Made by a program: the position numbers and the translations under genes. The notes beneath the pieces are model-generated. The model saw only the letters and a program-made list of their open reading frames with translations. It made no database searches and was not told where the DNA came from. Below are positions 1 through 9,993 of a stretch of 64,000 nt of DNA, in pieces (position 1 is the stretch's first letter; each line of letters begins with the position of its first letter). Source of the DNA: Alphaproteobacteria bacterium (lineage in GTDB: Bacteria > Pseudomonadota > Alphaproteobacteria > UBA8366 > JADFVY01); contig JBFHDX010000007.1 in NCBI GenBank assembly GCA_041584475.1, forward strand, positions 248-64,247, read 5' to 3'.

Positions 1-1710
1 GATTGCCGCGTCTTCCGTCGCCTCGGCGCCGCGGAGCTCGGGCATCTCCGGCATTTCCTCCGGCGGCAGCTCCAGGACGTCGAGATACCGGCTGGGGTGG
101 ATGTCGCGCAGATTGTCCTGCCAGCCGGTGACCTGGCGACCGACGAGATTGCGCGACGCGTGGTGGTACAGCGGTATCACGGCGGCGAGGTCCGCCACGC
201 GCTCGGCAGCGCGGCGCAGCGTCACCGCGCGCGCTTCGGGATCCTGCCGCGCGGCGAGCGTCATCAACTTGTCGAATTCCGCGTCGGCGAACCGCCCGTA
301 GTTGAAGCGTTCCGTATCCGAGCCGAACAGCATCAGGAAGGCCAGCGGGTCGTTGAAGTCGGCGATCCATCCGGCGCGCGCAACCTCGAAATCGGCGGCC
401 CCGAGGTCACCGTAATGCACGGTGTAGTCGCTGCTGTAGAGATCGGTCAGGATGCCGATGCGCTTCCACATGTCGGCGACCTCTTCGGCGACCCTGGCAT
501 GCGTCTCGCTGAGGTTGAAATGCACGGTCAGCCGGATCGCCTCGCGCGCCCCGTACCCCGCGTTGGTCAGGATCTCCTGGGCCTGCTCGCGCTTCTCGCC
601 CGCCGATACCGGGCGCGGTGCGGGGTAGGGCCCCTGCCGTTTCGGCCGTGCCGGTTCACGCAGGCTCGCGAGGCCGTCCGGCAGAAAGCCGTCGGCCGGA
701 ATCTCGCCGCCGCGCAGGGCCTCCTTGACCAGCGTCGGCGAGTCGATCGCCAGGCTCAGGGCCCGCCGCACGCGGGGATCGTCGAACGGCGCCTTCGTCG
801 TGTTGAATACGAGGTAATCGACGGTCAGCGTCGGATAGATCCGCATCGCCCCCGGCGCATCGCGCAGCAGGTCGGCGGCGTACTCGCGCGGGACTCCGGA
901 GAACGTGTCGATTTCGCCGGCGAAGAAGCTCTCGATGCCGTTTTCGGGAACGTCCGCCACCTGGTAATAGACATTGTCGATCCTGACGTCGGCGGACTCG
1001 GTGAAGTTCCAGTTCTTCGCCAGCCGCAAATAGCGGCCCGGCAGCCACTCCGCGAGCGTGTAGGCGCCGTTCGACACCATCTTGCCCGGCCGCGTCCAGG
1101 ATTCGTCCTTGCCTTCGATCAGATCGCGGCGCAGCGGATAGGCGCTGTGGTGGACGAGCTGCGCCAGGAATTCGGGCGAGCGCCGATTCAGCCTGAATTC
1201 GAGGGTGAGGTTGTTCGTCGCGCGGACCCCGAGATCCCGTGCGTCCTTTGCTTGCCCGCGGTGCAGATCCTCGGCGCCGACGATGTTGTAGAACATCGAG
1301 GCGAACGGCGCGCCCGAGCGCGTCGAGAGCAGCCGCTGGAAGGCGTAAACGAAGTCGCGGGCCTCGAGCAGGCGCCCGTCGGACCATTTCTGGTTTCCGC
1401 GCAGGCTGAACGTCCAGGTGAGGCCGTCATCGCTGACCTCCCAGCGCTCGGCCGCCCCCGGAACGATCTCGCCCGCCGCGTCCTCCGTGACCAGTCCGAG
1501 ATAGAGATCGGCCAGGATGGTGCGCTCCGCCGGCAGGATGGCGAACTGGGGATCGAGTTTCACGGGGCCGTCGGCGATGCCGCGGTGCAGTTCCTTTTCG
1601 ATGATCTGCGCCCGCGAGGCGCCGGACGACAGCCCGACGCCCAGTACGATCGCGCCGATCCAGGCGATGGTGCGGCGTCCGCGGAAGGCTGATGACAGGC
1701 TGAAGTTCAA
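1..1710 (-). CDS. ABC transporter substrate-binding protein, family 5 (peptide/nickel/opine type); 3' end runs off the left window edge
   Basis: Absent from the ORF track because no stop lies in the window. Manual reverse-strand translation from a TTG at 1710 gives an open 570-codon frame. It has a signal-like N-terminus (RRTIAWIGAIVLGVGLSSGASRAQ) followed by DPQFAILPAERTILADLYLGLVTEDAAGEIVPGAAERWEVSDDGLTWTFSLRGNQKWSDG, a typical SBP_bac_5 core. The start codon is uncertain. Confidence 0.8.
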   Translation of the reverse strand, partial: MNFSLSSAFRGRRTIAWIGAIVLGVGLSSGASRAQIIEKELHRGIADGPVKLDPQFAILPAERTILADLYLGLVTEDAAGEIVPGAAERWEVSDDGLTWTFSLRGNQKWSDGRLLEARDFVYAFQRLLSTRSGAPFASMFYNIVGAEDLHRGQAKDARDLGVRATNNLTLEFRLNRRSPEFLAQLVHHSAYPLRRDLIEGKDESWTRPGKMVSNGAYTLAEWLPGRYLRLAKNWNFTESADVRIDNVYYQVADVPENGIESFFAGEIDTFSGVPREYAADLLRDAPGAMRIYPTLTVDYLVFNTTKAPFDDPRVRRALSLAIDSPTLVKEALRGGEIPADGFLPDGLASLREPARPKRQGPYPAPRPVSAGEKREQAQEILTNAGYGAREAIRLTVHFNLSETHARVAEEVADMWKRIGILTDLYSSDYTVHYGDLGAADFEVARAGWIADFNDPLAFLMLFGSDTERFNYGRFADAEFDKLMTLAARQDPEARAVTLRRAAERVADLAAVIPLYHHASRNLVGRQVTGWQDNLRDIHPSRYLDVLELPPEEMPEMPELRGAEATEDAAI

Positions 1711-1917
1711 GGGGGCGATTTCCGGAACCGTCTCGCGCCGTGGCTTTCCACGGGGCGAACCTAACCGCAGCCGGACGCCGCTGCAAGCGGGTTCGCACAC
1801 GGCGTCTCGCGGCGTTGTGACCGGCGGGGTAAGCAAATGTTAAGCGCTCGGCGGCTGCAATGGCGGTCGCCGCGCCCGTCGATCCGGCGACCGACGGGCG
1901 TGCGGAAAGGGGGCGAC

Positions 1918-3063
1918 ATGCTGCGCATCCACATTCCCTTCGGCGGCGGGGCCAGGCGCTGGAAGCTCGACGTCAGCGCGCCGCCGGTCGAGGCAACGCA
2001 GACGGGCAGCCGCTTCGGCGCCCTTTTTCTCATCGTCTTCGCTCTCGTCTGGGGCGGGTTCCCGTCCGTCGGCTTGCTGTCGCTGCTGCGCCAGGGTCAA
2101 ACGGGTCCCGAGGCGCTGCTCTTCCTGCTCTTCCCGCTCATCGCGGCGGGCCTGATCCTGTACGGCGTTCAACGCCTGCTGTGGCGGCGCACCGTGGCCT
2201 TCGACGGCACGACGTTCAGCGTCACCGAGCGCGGCCTGCGGGGCGTCAAGCGTTGGCGCGAGCCGCTCACCGCGTTCCAGGGCGTGATGCGCCACAAGCG
2301 CCGCGTCAGGACGAAGAACAGGAGCTACACGCTCTACATGGTCGATCTGCAGCATCGCGACGACGAACGCACGATCAACCTGTACACCGACACCAGCGAC
2401 CGCGGATTTCGTGAAATCTGGGAGGATTATGCGCGCCGCCTCCGGCTGCCGGCGTTCGAGGAGGGCGACGCCGGTATGGTCAGACGCGAGGCGGGCGATC
2501 TCGACAAGACCGTCAGCCAGCTGATCGGCGAGGGCAAGGTTGACGTCGACTACGAGGCGCTGACACGCCGCGCCCGAGGCCTGGCGGTGAGTTTCGAGGG
2601 CGATACGGTGGTGATCACGCGGACCGGGCCGCAGAACAGTTGGTGGGGCTCGCTGATCGCGGTGCTGTTTCCGCTGCTCTTTGTCGGCGCCGGCTTTTTC
2701 GCACCGGATCTGCCGCTCGCCGGGCGCATCGTCTTCGCCGGCGTCGGAATGCTGTTCGAGATCCTGTTCGTCATCGGCGTGGTGCAGGACCTGACGACGC
2801 GCCGCCGGCTCCGGGTCGGCCCGGACGGCGTGCGCGTCAACCGCGTCGGCGGCCGCGGCGAGACGGAAGGCAAGCGGATGCCGCTCGATGCCATCGAATC
2901 AGTGAGCATGGCGCGGACCGGCCGCGGCAGGCGCCCGGCGGTCATCATGGCGGGCGACGCCGCGTCGCTCGATTTCGGCGCCGGCCTGCCGCGGCCGTCC
3001 CTCGATTTCGTCTTGAACACGATTCTGGCGAAGATCGCCGAGTCGGCGCGACGCCGGCGCTGA
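1918..3063 (+). CDS. hypothetical membrane protein with an internally duplicated 2-TM + soluble-domain architecture
   Basis: This is ORF 1837..3063. I prefer the ATG at 1918, preceded by GAAAGGGGG. There are two hydrophobic pairs (FGALFLIVFALVWGGF / LLFLLFPLIAAGLILYG and WWGSLIAVLFPLLFVGAGFF / IVFAGVGMLFEILFVIGVV), each followed by a basic soluble segment. I recognise no family. Confidence 0.6.
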   Translation: MLRIHIPFGGGARRWKLDVSAPPVEATQTGSRFGALFLIVFALVWGGFPSVGLLSLLRQGQTGPEALLFLLFPLIAAGLILYGVQRLLWRRTVAFDGTTFSVTERGLRGVKRWREPLTAFQGVMRHKRRVRTKNRSYTLYMVDLQHRDDERTINLYTDTSDRGFREIWEDYARRLRLPAFEEGDAGMVRREAGDLDKTVSQLIGEGKVDVDYEALTRRARGLAVSFEGDTVVITRTGPQNSWWGSLIAVLFPLLFVGAGFFAPDLPLAGRIVFAGVGMLFEILFVIGVVQDLTTRRRLRVGPDGVRVNRVGGRGETEGKRMPLDAIESVSMARTGRGRRPAVIMAGDAASLDFGAGLPRPSLDFVLNTILAKIAESARRRR

Positions 3064-3086
3064 CGCGCGACCCGTCCGGCGGCCGC

Positions 3087-5120
3087 CTATCTGACGCCGG
3101 CGGGCAGCGCCTCGCCGCCCAGCAGCAGCGCGCCGTCCCATTCGGAATCGCCGACCGTCGCGCCGTCGCGCCGCCGTGGCCGTACGCCGAGCGCGGTCTC
3201 GAGGGCATCGCGCGGCCCGTTGACGTCGTCCTCGGTCATCGCGAGCGCCATCAGGTTGAGCGGGCGCCGAATGATCTCCCGCGTCGCCGTCACGAGCCAG
3301 AGCGGCAGCTCGCGCCCGTCGTCAAGCAGCCTGACGTGCGAATCCCAGACGCGCAGGACGATGCGCGACTCGCGGCCGGGATCGGGGCGGACGAACATCG
3401 CAAGCGGGCGGCGGCCGTCATGCAGCTTGGGCAGCACCGGCAGCGCAGCCGGATCGGCGCCCGGCAAGAGCCAGGCAACGAGGCCCGCGGCGCGCCATTC
3501 CGCCGCGCGCTTCCAGCCCGTGCCGGCGAGTTCCGCGGCGAACGGGTCCAGCCCGCCGCTCCACTGCAGGACGAACGGCTCCTCGATCTCGCCGGCGAGA
3601 TCGATGCGATACGCCGGCAGCCGCCGCCAGCCGCCCTCCGCCCACTGCGACGCCGCGATCACCGTCCGCTCCGCCTGCGGGCGGTAGCGCGCCAGGTCCG
3701 CCGCGTGTGACAGCCAGATGTTGATCGTCCCGGCGACGACGAGCACCAGCGCCGTGACCGCGAGCAGGCCCCGGGTCTGGCCCTCGGCCGGCCGGTGGCG
3801 GATATAGGCGATGCCGAGCAGGCCGACCCAGGCGGCACCGATGCCGAGGCCGCCGGCGACGTCGGAGAACCAGTGGGCGCCCAGATAGAGCCGGGACAGG
3901 GCGATCAGCCCGACGAGCAGCAGGATGCCGCCGACGATCGCGGATCGAATCGCCAGGCCGGCCTGGCGCGTTACCATGACGGCGAGAAACCCGTACAGCA
4001 CGCCGTTGACGGCGGCGTGGCCGCTGGGGAACGAGAACGCGCTCCAGCCGTGGTAGAGGTCCGGCATCGGGCGCGGCGTGTGCAGCGCGACCTTGAGCAC
4101 GGTCGCGAAAAGCTGCGCGAAGGCGATGGCGCAGACCCAGTAGACCGCGTCGGGCCAGGCGCGCCGCCAGGCGAGCCAGAGAAAGCCGGCGATGGCGACC
4201 GGGACGGCGACCTTGGCGTCGCCCAGTTCGGTGATTGCCACCATCAGCGAATCGGCCCAGGGCGAACGCAGGCTCTGGAGCGCATTGAAGATCGCGGCGT
4301 CGGCGCGCACCAGCGGCGCGCCCGAGGTCAGGTCCTCGAGGACGACGGCGAAGCCCACGCCGCCGATGATCAGCAGGCCTGCGAGCACCGCAAGCGCCCT
4401 GGCCTCGCGGTGCTCCGGGTCGAGCAGCGCGAGGATCTCGCGGCCGACGAACGTGTTGTGCGCGCGCGCCCACACGATCAGGCTGCGCGCCGCCCGCGTG
4501 CCCGCCGGAATACCCCAGCGCAGGCAGGCGCGCACCAAGACGATCAGCAGATAGGCGGCGACGAGCAGCAGCAGCAGCAGACCGCCGAGCCGCGCGGTCA
4601 CCGCCCCGGCCAGCTCGAGGCTGGCGCCGATTAGCGCGCCCGGCAGGACGTGCGCGGGCGCCCAGCCGAACGAGGCGATCGCAGCGGCGACCAGGAAACG
4701 CGACCAGGTCACGCCGGCCATGCCGCCGATCGCCGGCAGGATGCCGCGCACCGGCGGCGTGAACCGCCCGAGCAGGATGCCCTTGCCGCCGTGATCCTGG
4801 AAGAATCGCTCCGAGCGCGCGACGAGCTCGGGCCGGCGCGCCAGCGGCCCCCAGCGCAGCAGGTCGCGGCCGTACCGGCGCCCCATCCAGAATGCCGCCG
4901 AATCGCCGGCGATCGAGCCGACGATCGCGGCGGCCAGCACCGGCGTCAGCTCGAGCGCCCCGCTGGGCACCAGGATCGACGCGGCGACGATCAGCGTCGA
5001 GCCGGGGACGAACAGGCCGAAGACCGGGATCGACTCCCAGAACGCGACGATCAGAACGAGCAGATAGGCGAGTTCCTGGTGGGCGGAGACGAAGGCGGTT
5101 AGGGCTTGGAACCAAGACAT
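3087..5120 (-). CDS. DedA-family membrane domain fused to a PAP2 phosphatase domain with a long C-terminal extension
   Basis: 677 aa. The N-terminus is DedA/SNARE-associated-like (FWESIPVFGLFVPGSTLIVAAS, GRFTPPVRGILPAIGG). The middle carries PAP2 motifs (PSGHAAV, SRLYLGAHWFSDVAGG). The C-terminal ~200 aa are soluble. Confidence 0.85.
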   Translation of the reverse strand: MSWFQALTAFVSAHQELAYLLVLIVAFWESIPVFGLFVPGSTLIVAASILVPSGALELTPVLAAAIVGSIAGDSAAFWMGRRYGRDLLRWGPLARRPELVARSERFFQDHGGKGILLGRFTPPVRGILPAIGGMAGVTWSRFLVAAAIASFGWAPAHVLPGALIGASLELAGAVTARLGGLLLLLLVAAYLLIVLVRACLRWGIPAGTRAARSLIVWARAHNTFVGREILALLDPEHREARALAVLAGLLIIGGVGFAVVLEDLTSGAPLVRADAAIFNALQSLRSPWADSLMVAITELGDAKVAVPVAIAGFLWLAWRRAWPDAVYWVCAIAFAQLFATVLKVALHTPRPMPDLYHGWSAFSFPSGHAAVNGVLYGFLAVMVTRQAGLAIRSAIVGGILLLVGLIALSRLYLGAHWFSDVAGGLGIGAAWVGLLGIAYIRHRPAEGQTRGLLAVTALVLVVAGTINIWLSHAADLARYRPQAERTVIAASQWAEGGWRRLPAYRIDLAGEIEEPFVLQWSGGLDPFAAELAGTGWKRAAEWRAAGLVAWLLPGADPAALPVLPKLHDGRRPLAMFVRPDPGRESRIVLRVWDSHVRLLDDGRELPLWLVTATREIIRRPLNLMALAMTEDDVNGPRDALETALGVRPRRRDGATVGDSEWDGALLLGGEALPAGVR

Positions 5121-5218
5121 GGCGCGGATGCTAGCACGATGATATGAGGCGTCCTATTGTAACGGCGCGGCCACTTTCCGTTTTTCGTCGAGGGGCCCGG
5201 CACGGCCGGAAATCGAGC

Positions 5219-6436
5219 ATGAATGAGCGCGACGAAGCGGCGCGAGGCGGCCCGCCGCGCGGTGGCGCGCGGCTGCCGGCGGCCGTGTGGGCGATCGGCC
5301 TCGTCAGCCTGCTGATGGATGTCAGCAGCGAGATGATCCACAGCCTGCTGCCGTTGTTCCTCGTTGCCGGCCTCGGGGTCGGGGCGCTGACGCTCGGCCT
5401 CATCGAGGGTATCGCCGAGGCAACCGCCGCCATGACAAGGGTCTTCTCCGGCGCGCTCAGCGACCGTCTCGGCAGGCGCAAGCTGCTGGCGCTTGCCGGC
5501 TACGGGCTGGCGGCGCTGACCAAGCCGGTGTTCCCGCTTGCAGAGGGGGCGGGGCTGGTCTTCCTCGCCCGTTTCACCGACCGGCTCGGCAAGGGAATCC
5601 GCGGCGCTCCGCGCGACGCCCTCGTCGCCGATCTGACGCCACCGCAGATCCGCGGCGCCGCCTACGGCCTGCGCCAGGCCCTCGACACCGTGGGCGCGAC
5701 CGCGGGGCCGCTCCTCGCCGTCGCCCTGATGCTCGCCTTCGCCGGCGATATCCGCAGCGTCTTCTGGGTTGCCGTGATTCCCGCCGTCGCTGCCGTGCTG
5801 CTGCTCGCGGTCGCCGTGCGCGAGCCGCCCGCCGCGGGGACCGCCGCGCCACCGCGCAACCCGCTGCGGCCTTCCGACCTGCGGCATCTCGGGTGCCCGT
5901 ACTGGACACTCGTGGCGATCGGCGGCTGCCTGATGCTGCCCCGCTTCAGCGAGGCGTTCCTGCTGCTGCGCGGCAGCGGCACGGCGTTGGAAGCGGCGTT
6001 CGTGCCGCTCGTCCTCGTCGTCATGAACGTCGCCTACGCGGTGACCGCCTATCCCGCCGGCTGGCTTTCCGACACGCTCGGCCGACGCGGGCTGCTGGCC
6101 GCCGGCTATGGGGTGCTCGCACTCGCCGACCTGGTTCTCGCGTCGGGCGCGACGACGGCGACCGTGCTCGCCGGCGCGCTGCTCTGGGGCATCCATATGG
6201 GCCTGACACAGGGGCTGCTGTCGGCCCTGGTGGCCGACGTGGCGCCGCCGCGCTATCGCGGCACCGCGTTCGGCATCTTCAACATGGTGGCCGGGCTCAG
6301 CCTGCTCGCCTCGAGCGTTGCGGCCGGTGCGCTGTGGCAGTTCGTGGGTCCGGCGGCGACCTTCGGCGCCGGCGCCGTCCTCGCCGGCATCTGCGCTCCG
6401 GTCGTGCTGCTGATGCTGCCGCCGCTGCGGCGCTAG
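5219..6436 (+). CDS. MFS transporter
   Basis: This is ORF 5144..6436, with the ATG at 5219 preferred. It has about 12 hydrophobic segments and the MFS loop motif GALSDRLGRRKLL, with a second copy, WLSDTLGRRGLL. Confidence 0.85.
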   Translation: MNERDEAARGGPPRGGARLPAAVWAIGLVSLLMDVSSEMIHSLLPLFLVAGLGVGALTLGLIEGIAEATAAMTRVFSGALSDRLGRRKLLALAGYGLAALTKPVFPLAEGAGLVFLARFTDRLGKGIRGAPRDALVADLTPPQIRGAAYGLRQALDTVGATAGPLLAVALMLAFAGDIRSVFWVAVIPAVAAVLLLAVAVREPPAAGTAAPPRNPLRPSDLRHLGCPYWTLVAIGGCLMLPRFSEAFLLLRGSGTALEAAFVPLVLVVMNVAYAVTAYPAGWLSDTLGRRGLLAAGYGVLALADLVLASGATTATVLAGALLWGIHMGLTQGLLSALVADVAPPRYRGTAFGIFNMVAGLSLLASSVAAGALWQFVGPAATFGAGAVLAGICAPVVLLMLPPLRR

Positions 6437-6522
6437 TACATCATCCACTCACATACGATACCGCTGGGTGGCCGGGCGGGGGAGCGGGCTGGAGCGAGCC
6501 AATCGGATAGTGCGCTGGCGCG
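6433..6522 (+). repeat. dispersed intergenic repeat, copy A (5' module + right half of hairpin + 3' module)
   Basis: CTAGTACATCATCCACTCAC...GGGTGGCCGGGCGGGGGAGCGGGCTGGAGCGAGCCAATCGGATAGTGCGCTGGCG aligns with the copies at 19986, 24261 (reverse) and 33461. Its TAG (6434-6436) is the stop codon of the MFS gene. The element fills the whole gap to the convergent ior gene. Confidence 0.8.
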
Positions 6523-9500
6523 CTATTCGGCGGCCGTCGCCCGCGGCTGCGGCGTGCGCCAGTCCGCGAGCAGCTGCGCCTCGCGTTCCCGCGCCGCCTC
6601 GATCGCCCTGTCCTTGACGTGGCCGAAGCCGCGGATCTTCGCCGGGATCGAGGCGATCTCGACGGCGAGCCCGTGATTGTCGGCGCAGAGGCCGGAGAGC
6701 AGCTCCGTCACCGTTTCCTCGTAATCGCGGATCAGCCGGCGCTCCGCCCTGCGCTCGGCGGTGTGACCGAAGACGTCGAACACCGTCCCGCGCAGGCGCT
6801 TGAGCCGTGCCAGCAGCGCAAAGGCCCTGAAGATCCAGGGGCCGTAGGATCGCTTGCGCAGGTGGCCGGTATCGGGATCCCGCCCGGCGATCAGCGGCGG
6901 CGCGAGATGGACCCGGACCCGGTAGTCGCCCGCGAACTCGCGCTCGAGCGCCGCCCGGAACGCGGGCCGCGTAAACAGCCGGGCGACCTCGTACTCGTCC
7001 TTGTAGGCGAGCAGCTTGAAATAGTTGCGGGCGACCGCCTCGGCCAGCCCGTCGCGGCCCGGGACACAGGCCGATTCGCGCTCGCGCACGCGCTCGACGA
7101 AACCGCCGTAGCGGCGGGCGTAGGCGGCGTCCTGATAGTCGCCGAGGAACTCGACGCGCCGCGCGACGACCTCTTCCAGCGTCCGCGCCAGGCCGGGCGC
7201 CGGCTGACCGCCGCGGCTGGCGGCGATCGCCTCGACGGCGCCGATGTCGTGGGCGGCGCGCCGCCCCCACAGGAAGGCCTGCCTGTTCGCATCGACGGCG
7301 ACGCCGTTGAGCTCGATCGAACGCATCAGCGCCTCTTCGCCGAGCGGAATCAGTCCCTTCTGCCAGGCGTATCCGACCATGAACAGGTTGGTGCCGATCG
7401 GGTCGCCGGTCAGCGTCCTGGCGAGGCGCGTGGCGGCGACGAAGTCGACCCGACCCTCGCCGGCCGCCTCGACGATGGCGCTCCGCATGTCGTCGCTCGG
7501 TATCGCGAGATCGGGATTGCGGGTGAAGTCCCCGGTCACCGTCTCGTGCGTGTTGACGACGACGCTCGTGACGCCGCTTCGGATCTTGGCCAGCGAGTCG
7601 AAGCCGGCGCTGACGACCAGGTCGCAGCCGATCACCAGTTTCGCACCGCCGGCGGCGATCTGCACGGCGTGGATGTCGGCCGGCCCGCGGGCGATGCGGA
7701 CATGGCTCGTCACCGCGCCGTACTTCTGGGCGAGTCCGGCGATATCGAGCACGCCGATGCCCTTGCCTTCGAGGTGCGCAGCCATGCCCAGCAGCTGCGA
7801 GACGGTGACGATACCGGTGCCGCCGATACCCGTTACGAGGATGCCGTAGGGCCGGTCGAGCGCCGGCAGCTCGGGCTCGGGCAGCGGCGGAAACGGCGTG
7901 TCGGCGGTCGCGCCTTCGGGTTTGCGCAGCGCGCCGCCCTCGACGGTCACGAAGCTCGGACAGAACCCGTCGAGGCACGAGAAGTCCTTGTTGCACGATG
8001 CCTGGTCGATGGCCCGCTTGCGCCCGAATTCCGTCTCGATCGGGATCACCGAGAGGCAGTTCGAGACCGTCGAGCAGTCGCCGCAGCCCTCGCAGACCGT
8101 CTCGTTGATGAAGGTGCGCCGGGCCGGGTCGGGCATGCGTCCGCGCTTGCGGCGACGGCGTTTCTCCGTCGCGCAGGTCTGGTCGTAGATGATCGCCGTG
8201 GTGCCCGGGATCTCGCGCATCTCGCGCTGGATGCGGTCAAGCCGGCGGCGGTGGTGCACCTCGACGCCGGGGGCGAAGCCGGCGTCGCGCGGGTACTTGT
8301 CGGGCTCGTCGCTGACGACCACGATCCTGGCGACGCCCTCGCCGTTGAGCTGGCGCGTTATCTGCGGCACCGTCAGGCGGCCGTCGACGGGCTGCCCGCC
8401 GGTCATCGCGACGGCGTCGTTGAACAGGAGCTTGTAGGTGACGTTGGCGCCGGACGCGATCGCCTGGCGGATCGCCAGCAGCCCAGAGTGGAAGTAGGTG
8501 CCGTCGCCGATATTGACGAAGACGTGCTTTTCGTCGGTGAACGGGGCCTGGCCGACCCAGGTGACTCCCTCGCCGCCCATCTGCGTGAAGGTGTCGGTGT
8601 TGCGGTCCATCCACTGCACCATGTAGTGGCAGCCGATGCCCGCCAGCGCGCGGCTGCCCTCGGGGACCCGCGTCGAGGTATTGTGCGGACAGCCCGAGCA
8701 GAAATAGGGCACGCGCTTCGGTGCCGGGCGCATCGATTCGAGCGCCTTTTCCTTCGAATCGATGAAGGCGACGCGTTCGTCGATGCGCGGGCTGGTATGG
8801 AAGCGCGCGATCCGTGTGGCGATGACCCGCGCGATGCGGGCCGGCGTCAGGGCGCCCGCCGACGGCAGGATCCACTCGCCCGCCTCGTCGAACTTGCCGA
8901 TGATGCGCGGCCGCTTGGCGGCTTCCCAGTTGTACAGCTGCTCCTTCAGCTGGTTCTCGATCAGCGCGCGTTTTTCCTCGACCACGAGAATCTCGTCCAG
9001 CCCCTCGGCGAAGCGGCGAATTCCCTCGCGTTCCAGGGGCCAGGCCAGGGCCACCTTGTACACCGAGAGGCCGAGCTCGGCGGCGAAGGCCTCGTCGATC
9101 CCGAGATCGTCGAGGGCCTGGCGCACGTCGAGGTAGGATTTGCCGGTCGTGACGATGCCGAAACGCGGGCTCGGGCTCGGCACGGCGACGCGGTCGAGCC
9201 GGTTCGCCCGCGCGAACGCCACCGCGGCATAGAGCTTGTGCCGGTGCAGCCGGTATTCCTGGTCGAGCGGGCTGTCGGGCCAGCGGATGTTGAGACCGCC
9301 CTCCGGCATGGCGAAATCGTCCGGCGCGACGATCTCCAGGCGCTGCGGATCGACCTCGACCGAGGCCGAGGTCTCGACGGTCTCGGCGACCGTCTTGAAG
9401 CCGATCCAGCAGCCCGAGAAGCGGGACATCGCGAACCCGTAGAGGCCGAGGTCCAGTATCTCCTGGACGCCGGCGGGGTTCAGCACCGGGATGCTGGCGT

Positions 9501-9993
9501 CGACGAAGGCGTGATCGGACTGGTGCGGCAGCGTCGAGGACCGGCAGGTGTGGTCGTCGCCGGCCAGGGCGAGCACGCCGCCATGGCGGCTGGTGCCGGC
9601 GTTGTTGGCGTGCTTGAGCACGTCGCCCGAGCGGTCGACTCCGGGACCCTTGCCGTACCACATGGCGAAGACGCCGTCGTGCCGTGCGCCCCGGAACAGT
9701 CCGGTCTGCTGCGTGCCCCAGACCGCCGTCGCCGCGAGGTCTTCGTTTACGCCCGGCTGGAAGCGGATGTTGTTGCGCTCGAGAAACCTTCGCGCCTGCC
9801 ACATCGCGAGGTCGAGGCCGCCGAGCGGCGAGCCCCGGTAGCCGGAAATGAACGCCGCCGTGTCGAGGCCGGCCGCGACGTCGCGCTGGCGCTGCAGCAT
9901 CGGCAGGCGGACGAGGGCCTGCGTGCCGGTCAGATAGATCCGGCCCGAATCCAGCGCGTACTTGTCGTCGAGCGTAACGGCCGCGAGCGGCAT
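6523..9993 (-). CDS. indolepyruvate:ferredoxin oxidoreductase family protein (fused alpha/beta, 2-oxoacid:ferredoxin oxidoreductase)
   Basis: 1156 aa. The N-terminus LDDKYALDSGRIYLTGTQALVRLPMLQRQRD, the TPP-binding region (GDGTYFHSG) and the ferredoxin-like Cys cluster (CEGCGDCSTVSNC) are characteristic of the fused IOR family. Confidence 0.9.
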   Translation of the reverse strand: MPLAAVTLDDKYALDSGRIYLTGTQALVRLPMLQRQRDVAAGLDTAAFISGYRGSPLGGLDLAMWQARRFLERNNIRFQPGVNEDLAATAVWGTQQTGLFRGARHDGVFAMWYGKGPGVDRSGDVLKHANNAGTSRHGGVLALAGDDHTCRSSTLPHQSDHAFVDASIPVLNPAGVQEILDLGLYGFAMSRFSGCWIGFKTVAETVETSASVEVDPQRLEIVAPDDFAMPEGGLNIRWPDSPLDQEYRLHRHKLYAAVAFARANRLDRVAVPSPSPRFGIVTTGKSYLDVRQALDDLGIDEAFAAELGLSVYKVALAWPLEREGIRRFAEGLDEILVVEEKRALIENQLKEQLYNWEAAKRPRIIGKFDEAGEWILPSAGALTPARIARVIATRIARFHTSPRIDERVAFIDSKEKALESMRPAPKRVPYFCSGCPHNTSTRVPEGSRALAGIGCHYMVQWMDRNTDTFTQMGGEGVTWVGQAPFTDEKHVFVNIGDGTYFHSGLLAIRQAIASGANVTYKLLFNDAVAMTGGQPVDGRLTVPQITRQLNGEGVARIVVVSDEPDKYPRDAGFAPGVEVHHRRRLDRIQREMREIPGTTAIIYDQTCATEKRRRRKRGRMPDPARRTFINETVCEGCGDCSTVSNCLSVIPIETEFGRKRAIDQASCNKDFSCLDGFCPSFVTVEGGALRKPEGATADTPFPPLPEPELPALDRPYGILVTGIGGTGIVTVSQLLGMAAHLEGKGIGVLDIAGLAQKYGAVTSHVRIARGPADIHAVQIAAGGAKLVIGCDLVVSAGFDSLAKIRSGVTSVVVNTHETVTGDFTRNPDLAIPSDDMRSAIVEAAGEGRVDFVAATRLARTLTGDPIGTNLFMVGYAWQKGLIPLGEEALMRSIELNGVAVDANRQAFLWGRRAAHDIGAVEAIAASRGGQPAPGLARTLEEVVARRVEFLGDYQDAAYARRYGGFVERVRERESACVPGRDGLAEAVARNYFKLLAYKDEYEVARLFTRPAFRAALEREFAGDYRVRVHLAPPLIAGRDPDTGHLRKRSYGPWIFRAFALLARLKRLRGTVFDVFGHTAERRAERRLIRDYEETVTELLSGLCADNHGLAVEIASIPAKIRGFGHVKDRAIEAAREREAQLLADWRTPQPRATAAE

